Source: Tricharina praecox (taxonomy: Eukaryota). Taken from it: a stretch of DNA of 64,000 nt. The DNA lies in contig NW_026250425.1 of NCBI RefSeq assembly GCF_024521635.1, positions 248,001-312,000 of the forward strand. The letters run 5' to 3'. Position 1 is the first letter of the stretch; each line of letters begins with the position of its first letter. The notes below the pieces were generated by a model that saw nothing but the letters and a program-made list of their open reading frames with translations, was not told the origin of the DNA and searched no databases. Both the position numbers and the translations under genes were made by a program. This document shows positions 1-14,018 of this stretch, in pieces.

Positions 1-309
1 AACTGCAACTGCAACTGCAACTGCAACTTCAACTTCCAGCCTTCCAGCCTTCCAGTCTCTCGTTTCTAGGTCCAGGTCAAAGTTCAAAGTTCAAACAGGT
101 GATTCATCATTCCGCCACTCGGCGGGGTTTCGTGGGGAAATTAGAATCCCAAAAGTTGAGGTTGAATAGCTTTTCGTGGGGAAATAGGAATCCCAGAGGT
201 TGGGGTTGAATGGCTTTTACTGGAGCACATAGTAATAGTACTCTCCGCTTTGATGCAGTACTCGACTCTACTACTATGATACCTCGTGGCGCTATTCATC
301 GCTATTCAT

Positions 310-1104
310 TTATTTATTTTTTTGTTCATTCATTGATTGCGTGGGACCTATCTAGATCATGGCAATATCTACCCGTTCGTCCCCCCGTTTCCCCGCCACT
401 GTCCAATCCAACTTTCGTCAGGCGGCCCGATGTGGCTTTCCTTACCCCCGCCGTGGCCTGTCCCGAAGATGTATGAGCGCACCAAAGAAATGACACTAGG
501 AAAAGACAACTTCCACTCCCTCAACTCGTCCCTGCCTCACCGCAAGTCACTAGTCCTCGTCGCCGCTTTCTGCCTCTTCATCGGCAGATGCCATGAAGGA
601 AGGTGTGGGAAGGAACAGCGGGCGCGAACCCGACTCCTCAACCTCAACCTCAGCACCCTCCTCCTCCTCTCGCCTAAGGTCCGCCTCCCTTTCCTCCCGC
701 TCCCTGAGCTCCCACTCGGATATCTCACTCGCTGCATCTTCCTCCATGGCCTCTGGCATCCGTCTGCCCACATCAGTGGAGAAGAGGAACTCTAGGATGG
801 CCTTGCTGTATCGCTCGTCTGCGAAGAGGCCCCGGATTTGAAGCGGTCTTTCCCCCTCCTTGTCTGCTTCCGGACTTCTGCCCATAGTGTCTTTTGCTGA
901 CTTTTCCATTCAAGGCAATTTTTGAAGAGGTGCTCCCGAGTCTGTGTCTTGTAGCGGCACCAGCCACAGCGGGCGTCCGGGCGCCTTTTCGTCCACTGGG
1001 GGTACTGGCCGGTGAGGTAGTGTCCTGTCTTGAGTTGGTAGAACCTTGAGGCGAAGCGCTTGGTGGCCATCTCTGGATTTGGGTCGGGTCGCTGGCCGGA
1101 TTTC
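310..1104 (-). mobile_element. 5'-truncated, frameshifted non-LTR retrotransposon (Tad1-like LINE) 3' end
   Basis: ORFs 792..1109 and 550..909 give QLKTGH..TGQY..W..R....C.WC....QTREHL..NC..W and LFADERYSKAILEFL..TDVG, the C-terminal CCHC-knuckle region typical of fungal LINE ORF2. An A-rich tail (minus strand AAAAAAAATAAATAAAT) lies at about 310-325. The direct repeat TTCATCGCTATTCAT at 295-309 and 1105-1119 fits a 15-bp TSD. Confidence 0.85.
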
Positions 1105-1132
1105 TTCATCGCTATTCATCGCCTGTGAATAG

Positions 1133-1370
1133 CCTGTGAGAAGCAAGTACTCGAGTGATATCCCAGGTGCTTGTGGAAGACAAGTACACGAGTGATACCT
1201 ATCCCACATGTTTGTGAGAAGCAAGTACTCACTGATGTACACGAGTGATATCTCACACGCTTGTGACTGCAGTGGGTACTCTACTACCTAGCCGCGCTAT
1301 TAATCGCTATTCATCCTGTGAGAAGCAAATAGGTACCTACACGAGTGATATCCCACGTACTTGTGACGCG
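1133..1370. repeat. Degenerate minisatellite
   Basis: TGTGAGAAGCAA and (C)ACGAGTGATATCCCA...CTTGTG motifs each recur 3-4 times. Confidence 0.6.
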
Positions 1371-2328
1371 GTGCACTTCCACGCTTCTTCCACGCTTCTT
1401 CACTAGCTCCACAACCGCGCCCCGACCGAACCCCCTCCACGGCCGAGCCCCTCGGGTCTCTACGGACGCACCAGCCATCCCGCGCAGCACCCAGTCACCA
1501 CGATTCACCGTATCATCACCGTATCACCAACGAACGTACATATCACCGAGTATCCGTACCAAGCACCGTATTCCGCACCGTATTCCGCACAAATATCCCA
1601 CATCGAGCACCATATTCCGCACTAGTTCCAATTTCCAAATCAATTGCGGTATTATGACCCCATACATTAGATGTATCCATATATACCCACCCGTTCATCC
1701 GTTTCATTCAAGTTTAAACTTTAAACTTTAGCCTCACTATTGTCAAAAAAAATATTCTATAACCCCCTTATCACCCTTTAGTTGCCCCCTCCCAAAACCT
1801 TTACCGCCCCCAGTTTAGATGGTAGATCTTTCACCCTTCTGCCAAGTGCCCAGAGCCCAACGACCCACCCACCCACCCACCATTTTAAGCCCTTTAAGCC
1901 ATGGCCCAAAACCAAACAAAATTGCCCCATTCATCGCCCTTTGATGACAAAAGAAACCCCCAAAAAGCAGAGTAATAGGAAAGCTAAAGAGAGAATAGCA
2001 AAAAAAGCGGCACTCTAACCTCACAAACAAAAAAGGGTATTGCCATCAGAACAGAACAGAAAAGACAAAGCAAAGCAAAGATTATCCAAAGTTACACGAC
2101 TGAAATGAAAAGAAAAGAAATGAAAAAAAAATAGCACACATTTTGTTTTTTGCTCCAGCAACGGCACAAATTATTCACCCCAAGCTAAAAACAAAAACTA
2201 AAAAAAAAAAGACCCCAGAAACACCAACAAAAGAAATGTATAGGATAGGATATATGCAACGTTTGCAATCAAAGAAAAGAGAAAAGAAAAAAGAGAAAGA
2301 GGAAAGGGAAGGGGGAAGGGAGAAGTTA

Positions 2329-5300
2329 TTAACGTCGTGCACTTCTCGGCATGGTAGCGGATTTCTGCTGCTGGTTGGGACCCAACACCGGCGACGCGGA
2401 CGGGCTGCTGTACGCGGTGTAGGGGGGCGTCGCACCACCGAGAGCAGGGCTTCCGTGCCGCAGTGGACTCGAGGTGCCACTGACCGGTGCGGAGCTCTTA
2501 CGGATGGGGCCTGCTGCCGGGCTCCAAGCTCGGGGAGGCGCGGGCGACGCGCTGCGGCTTTCGGATGGCGACGTCTTTCGGGACTTGACAGCGTGGGCGC
2601 CGAGATCGAACTCGAACGGTGCTGGCCGCTCGTCAACGGGGGAGAGCAGCTGGGGCGCTTGCGATGTGGGCGAGATCGTCCGGCTGTCGTGGTACTGGTG
2701 CTGGTACTGAGGACGGTGGTATCCCGAGCTCGGCTGCCCCCCGTTCTCCGAGGTTGGAGAGGGGGTTTGGCCTTGATACGATCGCTGCGACGAACCGTCG
2801 AGTTGCAGCTTCGGTAGCTGGTCCGTCTCGGTGTTCTGTCGGACGTATGCGGGGTGCTCGTTGAGCGGCGGTGCCGCACGCAGCTCCGGCGACTCGGGAA
2901 CCGTCACGCCAGGGGTATACTCTTGGAATTCCGAGCTGTCGCTACCAGCTCCGTAGTAGGTATCCTCCTCGTCGTCAAAGTTAGTGAGGACCAGTCTCCA
3001 CTGCTCGGCAACTTCCCAACAGTGACTGGCGCGATAGGTCATCTCGATCTCATCGTCGGGGTTGATGCCGAGGTTGACGGCCGAGTTCATGGCACTCATC
3101 AGTCCACCACCGGTCCACATCCCGCTCATCCGCGTTTGTCGACGATTGGCACCCTTCTCCCATGGTGGAATACCCTTCACGTTCTCGCACAGGAAGTATT
3201 CGCAACCGTCTCCGTACCGCAGTCCGCCGCCGTCGACAACACCCAAGACCAGTGTCTGTAAGACACAGTACATGAACACCCACGCACCTCTCCTCGCACC
3301 GATAAGCTCTTCGATGGGCTTCGAGATGCCAAACTCCTTCTCCATGGTAATATACGCCTTCACCAGCGCGTTCTCGGCGTACTGCTCGTACGAGTCCTGG
3401 TTGTACGAGTTCTTCAGCAGCTCGTTGATCTCCTCTTCGCGGATCTTCTTGTTCGACTTCGAGAAAATTCCCATCTTCCTCTTCTTAAGTGCGGAAGGCG
3501 AGCGATACGGCAGACGCGGCAGGTCGAACGGCATTTCCGGCTGGACGGGGACACTGCATTTATCGAATTCCCCCATGATCTTGCGGAGCACGACTCTATG
3601 GCGTTCGTATTGGTTCTTAATCTCATCGGATTGGTCGCTGTCCGAACCTCCCTGGGTGCCCTCGAAATGGATCCTCTCGCCGTGTAGCCATTCCCTATCG
3701 ACGGTGAGGTCGTACACGCAGCACAGATCGTCGTAGAGCCGTTTCAGCACGACACGGTTCAAGCCGCCAGTCTCCGAGAAGCCACCTCCCTTCCCGTGTT
3801 TTCCTCCTCTGGGTGGCCAAGATCCGAATACATGTCTCACATGCGTGTTCACCAGTGCTCTCATGCGGTCATATCCGTTGCGCCAGCTCTTGTACTCGGA
3901 GTATCGCCCCTCGCCGACCCAGACGGAGGGGAATTCAAAGTCGGTTATCCGGTCGTGGATGTTGACCAAACGGATGTTGACGAGATCGTGAGTTGCCCGT
4001 TCGAGCCGATTCTTGGTGGTGCTCGACACGAGGGCAAGTCCGGGGTGATTGGAGATCTGCCCCCATCTACCGGCGGCATGTATAAACGCCTCATGGTATA
4101 GTCGCTGTGATCGCCACTTCTCGCCCATTATCAGCGTCTCGACAATCGCTTCGTCATCGTTGCGGATATCATCCAGCTTTAGCTCTTCGACGTATATGTC
4201 CAAGTACATCTGCACGGCCTGGGCCCGTTGGGTGTCGTTCTCACCATCGCCCAAACCGAGTCGCGCGTTGAGTATCGCAAACACGTCGAACGGCAAGTGT
4301 TTCGGCCGCGAAGCCACCAGATAACCGCCGGTGAGGAACGCGAACACATTTCGGGCATCGATGAAGCGTTGTAGCGAATCCTCGGCATCGGCCTTGGTGT
4401 GTTTTGGCTGCGGCTTTTTCGATTTCTTGAGCGGAGTGACAGGTCGTGAAGTGTCGTCGTCCGCCGCCGGATAGTAGAGCTTGTAAAACACGCCGGTCTC
4501 CTCCTCGCTGGAGGTTTCCACCTTTTGCGGGGGCTCGACATCTCGCGGCGGGTGCGTGACCGTGTGCGAGAATGTGTGTTGCTCCGACGAATTCCTGGGA
4601 GATTTCGAGGTGGGGGATAGGTTGTCCGAGCTCTCGCGACTGATTGGTCGCTCTCCGTTCACCGCGACGCCGATCGTCGATGGCTCGTCATCGGGTGTGC
4701 CATCGGCTGTCGCATCATCCAATCCAAGCGACGACCCATCCAACGCCGGCACGCCGAGTTGAAAGCGCTCGCTCATGGGTGACGTCCTGCTAGCCCCTGA
4801 CGTTGACGTAGCCTGTGGTTGCTCGACCTCGACCATGTAGCCGCCAAGACAAGCGAACACAGCAGGGCCCGAGTTGATGCGGAAAACCGGGTTCCCGTAT
4901 TTGCTGTTCTGGTTCTCGGGGTGGGTGAGATATACAAGGGTGTCGCCGTTGTCGTCCCATAGCTCCTTAGCCTATTTTTCACCGGTCAGCACACCTGCTT
5001 TCTCTCCGCGAGGATCCACCGCTCAACGTCGCAGCTCGGATGATCGGATACGAGCCAAGCCAAGCCGAGGCACACCCAGACAGCCAACCAGCCAGCCCAC
5101 TGAAAAAAACACAGAGCAGACCAACATACCCGTTCTCCGCGCAACAAAGGCCCACAGTCATACGACTCCAAATCTTGCGTGTTCCCACGCGCGAGCCTCC
5201 ACGCGAGACCCGAGCCTAGCTTGTCGAATCGCGTATCACGGCTCTTCCGGGCCGTGATCACCTCGAGTGGTGTGGTGCTGAGGTTTACGGAGGAGAGGTT

Positions 5301-5732
5301 GAAGTTCGATCCGTGTGGTGTTACCGGTCTCGATCCATAGCCGGAGAATCCCGACGAGGTTCCGGGTCGCGAGGGGAGCATCCCCGGCGAGGGTGGGAGA
5401 GGGTAGAGGTACGGCGCGCCATTTCCGGAAACCGTCGGGGTCAAGGTGTCGCCATATCCCATGTCCGGGGGAGCGAGAGTGTGCCGCGAGGCGACCGACG
5501 AGGTGTTGACCGAGAGCGGTGTTCGTGGGGTTCGGAGGTCCAGCGCGGGAGGAGGAGTACTGGTGGCCTGTCCATCGGGAGCTAGCGGCGGCGTCGGGGG
5601 GGCATTCCCTCGAGGCAGCCGTGTCTCGGATGCGTTGAAGAAGTTTGTGATGCGCTTCATCGATTGCTCAGCACCTTCAAAGAATATGGTGCTCTTCGGC
5701 CTGTGTAACCGTGGTTGCCTGGAAGACGACAT
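2329..5732 (-). CDS. Conserved fungal hypothetical protein, ~1081 aa, two exons (5732-5130, 4971-2329); resembles DUF8004-type proteins (from recall, unverified)
   Basis: A GTATGT donor at 5129 and a GCTGAC branch plus TAG acceptor at 4972 join ORF 4986..5732 in frame to the 843-aa ORF (..PLLRGER|AKELWDDNGDTLVYL..). Globular core flanked by S/P-rich tails. Confidence 0.85.
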
Positions 5733-6865
5733 ATTGCATTAGTATGTTGCCAAAGTGTGCCGCCCGTTTGTGTGTGTGTAACGGCGTTTTGCGAAAGCGA
5801 TGGAGAGTGTTGGGAGAGTTTTCGTATATACGAGGATCGGGCTGAGGGGCATAGGGAAGTTCTTGTAGAGTAACAACACTGCGGCTGCCGGACGCTAGGA
5901 TTTCGAACAAACCGGTGACTAGGGAGGGGGGGTCGTGGACGGGCGAAGCCAAGGTATAAAGGGTAATATAAAGGCGAACAGAGAGCGGAGGAGGGTTACG
6001 CACGTACCCTAGAAAAGGGATTACGGAGAAGCAATACTATCCCGGAGATCGGGTCCTCAGACGAGACGAGACGCAGGGGTGCCGCAGTCCGAGCTGACGA
6101 TGATGACGGTGACGATGTGGATGTGCTGAATCTAAATCCGAGCTTGCAAGCAAGCAAAGCACACGAGCGAGCGGACTCGCGGGTACGAAAATCCCGTGGT
6201 CACGGCAGACAGACAGGCAGCAGGCGGTAGTCAGACAAGAACCGGAGGCTTCGTTTTCGATGAGCCCGACTTGTCAGCGGTTCGTTTCTGATCACGATCT
6301 CCGTGCCGTGTGCTGGTCGACAGTAAATAGGCAGGCAGATGTAGCGAATGATATTGCAGGTATGCGAGTTTCGGCGGTTCTGGTTGCAGATATCCGATGA
6401 TACGGGGTGGGGAGGTGTGTGCGTGCCGGAGTGACTGGAAGTGACGGACTACTTAGATTCTGACGTCGTATGGGTCGTGGTAGGAAGCCGGCTAGATGGC
6501 GATTGAAACTGATAGAATAGATGTTTTGATGATGATCGGCCACGGGGCTGGGATACGCCGAACGAGTGGAGGACGTGGTCGACGAGAGAGTGAGCGAGCG
6601 ATGGTGTGTGTTTGGGAAGCGACGAAGTGAAGGGCAACGAAGTGAGAGGGCAAGGGATGTTGATCTGTGCGGTGTATTTCTTTTTCTTTTTCTTTTTTTC
6701 TTCGTTCTTTTTTTTTCTCGTTCTTTCTTTCTTTCTTTTCTTTATTTCTCTTGACATGAGGGCTCGTTCGCAGCCAACAGCCAGCCAGCACACGGCCAGG
6801 GTCTCGTCCGGATGCTTTTTTTCTTTCTTTGGACGCCAGTCCAACTTCCAAGACGCTGCTTGGCT

Positions 6866-6907
6866 CACCACCACCACCACCACCACCACCACCACCACCA
6901 CCACCAC
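6866..6907. repeat. (CAC)n microsatellite
   Basis: Directly visible trinucleotide run. Confidence 0.95.
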
Positions 6908-8604
6908 CCGGAACTTGGAGACCATGGCCCGCTGTGCACCTCCAGGTCCACCACGTCCAGACATCCATCCCGCTTGCAGCCCACCACCACGGCCAGACCA
7001 CCCAACCCACTCGCAAACCCCCCGCACACTTGTGCACCATGGCCGAGCAGGTGATTATGGATTATGGATGTAGATTTAAATCCGAGCCTCCGTCGCTTCG
7101 GCATCGGCCCGAGGGAACGGACGGGGAGAGAGAAATAAAGCACAGAAGGCGCAGCCAGCCAGAGCCAGACGAGAGAAGAAAATAGCTGGGTTGGGAGAGG
7201 GTAATGACGCAACTTTTCCCTGTAGTTAGAGCAGCAGCAGACGTTGACTGCTTCAACTACCATAACTAACCCATATGATGTTGCTGGGGCTGCGGGTGCG
7301 GTTCTACTCTAGATTCAAGAGTGGTTAGGCCTGTGTTTACATCTCCACCTGGACACCCTCTAACCGCAATAGGATAGCGCCCAAGCAGTTCGAACTTCGT
7401 TTTGTCTCCGCCTCCGCGGCGAGGGGGAATCGCGATCGTCTGTCTGTCTACCCCCTGTTTCATACCGACACACCTGGCACCGTCACTCACACCTGGGCTG
7501 GGCGGGATAGCTAGGTGTGTAGGTGTCTTCGTCTTCACTTCTTCGCTGTCTGTCTCCGCGACGGAAACACGACAAAACGTAGACAGAAACGTAGACAACA
7601 ATGAGAACGTGTCACCAGAACATTCCCTCCGTTCCAGGATTCAGACAGGCAGCACTCCGGAGTCCCGTCAAAACAACTGGCACTCGCACTCGCACTCGCG
7701 CGCTGGTGATTGGACTGGACTGGCGGTGGGGTTTGCTGCCACTGCTGCCAGGCTGGTGCTGGTGACTTCCAATAATAACGCAATTCCTCGCCACGTTGCG
7801 TTCTTCAACTTGACTTGACTTGCAAGGGGAAGGCAGGAAGGAACAGGAAAGGAAGGGAAAGGAAGCCACCCCCGAGCAAGCCACCCCCGAGAAAGCAAAA
7901 AAGGAAAGAAAAGAAAAGAAAGAAAGGAAGAAAGAGGGAAAGCAAGCAAGCCCCACACACACCCCCACAAGAAAGACTAACCGCTTCGCGAAAGGTCACC
8001 GGGCAGATCCATATCCGCCGCCCTTCCCTTGGCCTTTGGCCTTTGGTCCTTGGCGTGCGTGTTGCAAAACATAGAGTACTCTACATAAGTACAAAATACA
8101 CCCAGAGACCTGTTTCTGGTTTCTGACGGCGGAGGGAGGGAGGGAGGGACCGGGCGGTTGGGCGGACGGGATGGGTGGATATGGATGATGGATCGAGTGG
8201 TTATCGAGCCCAAGACAAACAGTCAAACAAGGCCCCTCTTCGGGGGAAGCTGGAGAGTTTTACAGCTATGTACAGCTACGGTACAGCTACAGCTACAGCT
8301 ACTGAATATCACAGCAGCAAGGGGAGACTCAGGACTCAGCTTCAGCTTCAACCTTCAGCGCCGCGATGCAGGTGCAAGTGCAGATGCAGTGAGCGGGCGG
8401 GAAGGAGGGCGGGAGGGCAGGGCGCTACAATATTGTATCGTATCGCCGACTCGACTCAACTCACCGAAACATTTGTCTTCTCGAACAGTTGGGTTGGATT
8501 CGTTGATCGTCGAAGTTGGGCCCGACGAAGCGCGCGCCATGGGCATAGGGATGCCGCCCGTAACGTTACAGTAATGTAATGTCACGCAATGTCACGTAAT
8601 ATTA

Positions 8605-8757
8605 CAATAAAGCATGAGTCGTGACGGTAAAGTCATTGCCAAGGCGGCTAGTGGGGCTATTGACTGGTTCAAGCGGCGCCAGCCACCCAGCAGTCACGTG
8701 TGTGCCGAGCTTACATCGTTACGTGACAACTTTACCGTCACGGCTCATACTTTACGG
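8605..8757. mobile_element. MITE, Tc1/mariner-pogo type
   Basis: Imperfect ~29-bp terminal inverted repeats (CAATAAAGCATGAGTCGTGACGGTAAAGT versus reverse complement CCGTAAAGTATGAGCCGTGACGGTAAAGT). TA flanks both sides (8603-8604, 8758-8759). No coding capacity. Confidence 0.7.
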
Positions 8758-11700
8758 TAATCCGGCATCTCTACCTAGGCATAGACACGCAAAGCAATAA
8801 TAGGAACGACCTTTGACCGTGTGAGGTGTTTCCTGCTGCCCCTCGGCTTCCCGGGCGCGGCGTGAGGCGCGGGGCTTTCCTTTCCTTGGGCCTTGCGTCG
8901 ATCGGACTGAGGACGAGTTCGGTGGGTTTCCCTTCCCTTCCCTCCTGCATCGATACCGGTGGCTGTGTCCATGCGGCCGCAAAGGATGTACGTACCGGTA
9001 TTCACACGACTCACACTCTTTTGAGAAGAAAAAGAGAACGAAAAAAAAAAAGAGAGAGAGAAAAAGAGACATGGCAGTCGCTGTCATCCTTTTAACGGTC
9101 TGGCTGCAAACCAAGTGCGGTGAGAATGCATAAACCGGTCAACTCAAGTACCGTACCCACCACGTTCGTCGTCGTGGTTGCGTGGCTGCTTCCCGTACTA
9201 ACACACTCTCCGACTGCACCGGCGATCTTTATTTGCAGATGCAGCCAACTCAGAAACCAAGTTAAGCTAGAGTTAGAGTACTTTCTTAGCGGTGAGCCAA
9301 TAGCTATCGACTAACCATTAGCTACTAGTAGTCGACCAAGCATGTGCCGGAACACCGGAACGCCGGAACTCCAAATGTTGCCGACAAAACTTAAGACGAC
9401 CTTTTTCTTTTCTTCCTTGTCGGTCTTCGAGTTGGCTAGAGTAGTGGCCAGGCAGTCGCATCCGTCGCTCTTTTTCTCTCTCTCGCTCTCCCTTTCTTTT
9501 CCCCGGACGGTGGACATCGTCTGCTTTGCTTTGCTGTGGCAAGTGTGCACCAAATCTAGATCCAAATTCAGATCCAAATCTGTCTGAGGCGCCACCTGCT
9601 GTTCTGGACCTCCGAGTCTGCGACTGTCGCGAGTCGAGACCTCCTCCTCGTCGCACTGCACCTCGAGAGTCGAGCCAGTCCTGTGTCTGATGTCAGTCCG
9701 ATTCAGTCCTCCGTCCGGAACGGAATATTCAGTGTTCAACGGGTGACTGGTGACTGTTCACGCTTCAGTGCTTCACCCGTATGTATATATTTAGATAGCC
9801 GGTCGCACTGGTGACTGCACTTCCGCAAATTCCACCCTTTCGGGAATCTCTCCAGAAGTTAGAACGCAGTGCGCACTGGGCGTCCCTCCATCCCTCCAGG
9901 ATTCCAGAATCCCAGAAATCCAGGGGGGCAAAATGCGAGAACCCGTGGCCGTCGCGGTCGGTTAAGGCGGGTGTTGCGGTTCCATATCCCGCATGTGGAA
10001 GGTTGATTTGGGTTAACACCGTACCGGGCACCCAGTAAAGTAGAGTAGAGTTTGTGTCAAGACTCGAGAGGAATAATCGTACGCCACCTTCCGTTCGGGT
10101 CCGGAGTCGGAAGCATATGCATCCATGTGCACTGCGGGGATTACGGGTACGGTATGGAGCACCTCAGCAATGTGGGCTTGTGAACTTGTGACGAGGAGCA
10201 GGAGGAGGCTGCGTACACAGGCCGTCGACACCGGCACACTTAGAGTAGGTAGAATACTCTATCGATGGTGGATCACCGCCCCGTTCGCCGAGGATGACGA
10301 GCGAGCGCGACGGAAGTTTTTTTGTCGCCAGCTTCGGCACCCGAGTTGTCACCGCCGCCGTCACCGGTCATGGTTATGTAAGCCCGATCGGAGGGTGCGC
10401 ATGTGCTTGTGCGTGTGTGGTCCCGATGCAGCGATATGCGAAAGACCCAGACTAGAGTAGAGCTAAGTAGATGTTAGCTGGGTGCTGCCGCGTGGTACGG
10501 TTAGATGTATATTGGCACTTACCACACATACGATTTCTCTCGTGTCTATGTAGAGTACTCGTACTTACACCACGGAACATATTGGGGAGCAAGTACCTAC
10601 CAGAAGCATCCGTAGTACACAGGTACCGAGAATACTGTCCCCTATTCCCACTGACCATCATCATGGAGGAGTAGATATGTAGAGTACTCTACACAGGCGC
10701 CGGCTGGGTCCAAGGCGAACCGCGTAAGCCCATCGTTGCGGGTTCGCGGGAGGCCTGGGGGAGAGTATGTTCCCACCCACCCACCCACCCATACCAGGTA
10801 AGTACTTACCCATGGTCCCATACGTCAACACGACAAATATAGGCCCACAAACACTCTGGAAACAAGCCGATACAGTAGAGCAGCGATGTGTACAGTACAA
10901 TACAGTACGGTACACTGTATAGCACCTATACAGCCACAGCTGCATATGGGTACGCAATCCCTTCACGCTGCTGCGCGGTACTCTGCAAACGATGCGATTG
11001 GGTGCGGTAGCGAGGTAGCGGGGGGATCTCTGGTAGCCTGAAGGCAGAAGGCACATAATACTGGGGCCCGCCGGACGATGCGCGAGGTACCTATCGAATC
11101 GAGTCGAATCGATCGCTTCTCGGTTCCGTTGATACCTCGATACCTCGTTTCGGAGGGTAGCCATAGACGAAAGAACGAGGGGAAGGTGGCCAGACCCGCG
11201 GGTGGATTCCGAAGCCGTCCGTATTTCCGTCCGCGTGTACGTGCGTGCGTACGCGAACATGCTCATCGTTGTCGTGCGACATGGCTGCTGGGCAGGCCTA
11301 TATAGCAGCGCCTGATGTCGTCGGGCACGCCGCTGTGGCTGACTGGCCGAGAGACCAGGCGGTACCGCCTGACTGACGCGGAGCGGGCTATGGACTGAGA
11401 ACAGTGGCGGATACGAGCACGTACCTATGGACACACGTAAGAATAGAATAAAATGGGATATATTGTACTTACATACGGCAAGGCGACACCCCGGAGATCT
11501 ACCCCCCCCCTCCCCCGCCTCCCGCCTAATCGTCGCCAGAAAGGGGGAATATGAATATACTCTATCTCGCATGCCGCCTTGCAGCCTTTCCCCGCTCGAT
11601 CGTCGCTGGAAGCTGCATGGTATCGAAGCTCGGAGGCGAGTGATCGACGGTGTTCTAGACTGTTGGATGGAGATCCCTCGCACCACCGGGAGCTACTGGT

Positions 11701-12210
11701 CCGACCCTTGTGGGCGGCAAAGGAGCGGAAGTTGTGACGGCAAGTTAGCCACTCGGATGTTGCCTGGAAAGCAAGTGCGGTTGCGGCGGAATTTCAAGCC
11801 CGGTGGTTGGCTGCTTGGAGATACCCCGGATCGGCGGGAAGAGTGCGGTTCCTCCAAAGCACAGACAGCCCGCCCGATTCCTCTAGTGCGATGTAGGTGA
11901 CCGTTGGTACCGCGCTCCGTGTAGTCGATCCCGCAACCACAGCAGCGGTAGTCATTGCTTTCGCCCCACCGCCACGCATGATGCGAACAGATGGTTTTGT
12001 GTCACCGTCACTGTCTCAGCCTCGGCGACGTGTGTCCGACGAATCATCAGCGCCCCGTGCCGCGAGGACAAAGGATGGGAACACGAAAACTATACTGTAG
12101 AGTGGGTTTGCGCCTCTTCGGGCCGAAAGGCGTGACGAGGAAGGGAGCACACACAGAGGAGAGAGCGGAAATGAGGGGTTGACCGCCTATTCGATAGATG
12201 ATGATTGAGA

Positions 12211-12317
12211 AAGAAGAAGAAGGAGAAGAAGAAGAAGAAGAAGAAGAAGAAGAAGAAGAAGAAGAAGAAGAAGAAGAAGAAGAAGAAGAAGAAGAAGAAG
12301 AAGAAGAAGAAGAAGAA
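12211..12317. repeat. (GAA)n microsatellite, ~35 units
   Basis: Directly visible run. Confidence 0.95.
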
Positions 12318-13209
12318 AACCCCACTATGTCCTCCAACGTTGATGGCCACTACTAACCGCTTTTGGTTCTTCCCACCGACAGCTCCTCCATCACTCTGCC
12401 AAAGTGGAAACCTACTTCGGGAGGGCTTGGAAAGTGGACGTTGAACCGCTTGGAAGGTGGACCTTGGGCCGCCTCACGGACAGAGCAACCACCGCCTCAC
12501 CCATAACATGTGATTCCAGATGTTCCTACGCTGCAGCGAATCAGCGTGCTCCTTCACGTTTTCTTATGATTGGGAGACCCGCTCTTCCCTGAGCGATCAG
12601 GATGGAACCATTCTCTAAGGATAGCATGGTAGGTATATCAAAGCGATAGCGCATAGTATGTACTCGGGAAAAAAGACGAGATCAAGTGTGAATGCATCAT
12701 CACATACACGCCCGCCCTCTCTTCCCAAGCTTGCGCCTCCCAGAACTTAGAAGAGCGCTATTCCAAGATCTCCCCAGTCCGCAAGGCCCGCCAGTCAAAG
12801 ACACCCCGTCAGCCAAGCCCGTACTTCACTCTTTTCAATCCCGCTCTTGGAAGCCCACTCATCCGTGCTCACTCTTCCTTACCCCCGCTCTGCCACGTGC
12901 ACATTGCGCCCTGGATCACGAAAACTCACCCGGCAAATGGGCGACGTCACGTGCAGTCCTGCAACAGACTGGGGTTCCCTCTCCCTCTCACTATCACACT
13001 CTCTCGATTCCAACAAACCTCTGATCTCGAACAAAGTGACTTAAAAGCCGCATGTGGGAGTTTATTCGGCGTACAATACATAACTAGTGGCACGTCGAAG
13101 TTCATCGGGATTGGTGCAGCTCGGGGTTTTCCCGCGGTATGTAGATAGTGGCAGGATTGTTCCTCCAAGTTCCAACGGTCATACACGGAGCATTGCATTT
13201 GGCGGGTGG

Positions 13210-14018
13210 TTACTGTTCATTCATTCGAGCTGGAGTGCAGCGCATGGACGGCACTTTAGTTGCTTGGAACTTGGAAGGAGTTGGGGATGATGGTTCGTGA
13301 TGTTCGCACTCCGAGAGAAAGGAAGGCCAAGTATCTATGTGCTTTGCATAGCGTTCGTATTCGGGAAGAAAGTAGCTATCCAAGTCTCCCAGCGATCCGT
13401 GGATTGAATGTCTCATCTCCTAACTATTAATGCCCTTGCGACTCGTAGTTGGACTTGGACTCGCACTCGAACTCGCACTCGGACTCGGAATCGTGTTTAC
13501 GTCATCGAGACTGGGATCTTTGGACTTTGATCTTTGGCAGGCAAGGGAAACGTACGTCTTCGTCGTCATCGTCGCCGCACGCCAGACGCTCAGTCATTAG
13601 CGGCGTCATCGTGTGCCGGTATGGTGGCGGAGTAGATTCGGGAGCAGGTGTCCGGGGCGCAGCGGAGTCCGGATTACTGGAGCCACATGGGGACGGTGCG
13701 ACTATTGGTTGAGGACTCGAAGCTCGTATGTAGAGGAGCTGTACTAGTGAGGTGTACGAGGTGAAAAACCGCAGAGAATAGTACATCCGGGATGCGGCTT
13801 TTGGCCTTGCTGAACGTGTCTAGAGGTTTCGGCTCGAGAAGATCTAATGGTATGATTTGGTATTAGAGATTGTGGGGTAAAGTGTATCAATGAAACACAG
13901 TGGACGGAGGGCCGCTGCGATGCCGGGTTCGCCGTCCCTGATGCAGACGTTGAAGGGGTACCGTACCTATCACCTCCAGCTTCCGAGGTGAACTATGAGG
14001 CTCCTTCTCTATCGCAGT
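13210..14018 (-). CDS. Possible multi-exon orphan gene (3' part; 5' exons uncertain, perhaps extending to ~14600)
   Basis: Four putative exons (14018-13967, 13843-13785, 13738-13556, 13419-13210) are joined by GTAC..AG introns with consistent phases into one open frame. No recognisable domain. Confidence 0.3.

Noticed and set aside
11112..11123. ATCGCTTCTCGG resembling a U2 snRNA 5' end
   Set aside because: The match stops after 12 nt, with no adjacent branch-pairing GTAGTA or Sm site.
6449..12444. Many 60-340 aa ORFs with homopolymeric runs
   Set aside because: These are translations of microsatellites or GC-rich intergenic DNA with no domains.
13420..13422. In-frame TAG as an edited premature stop
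   Set aside because: That frame is closed upstream, and the TAG fits better as a 3' splice site.
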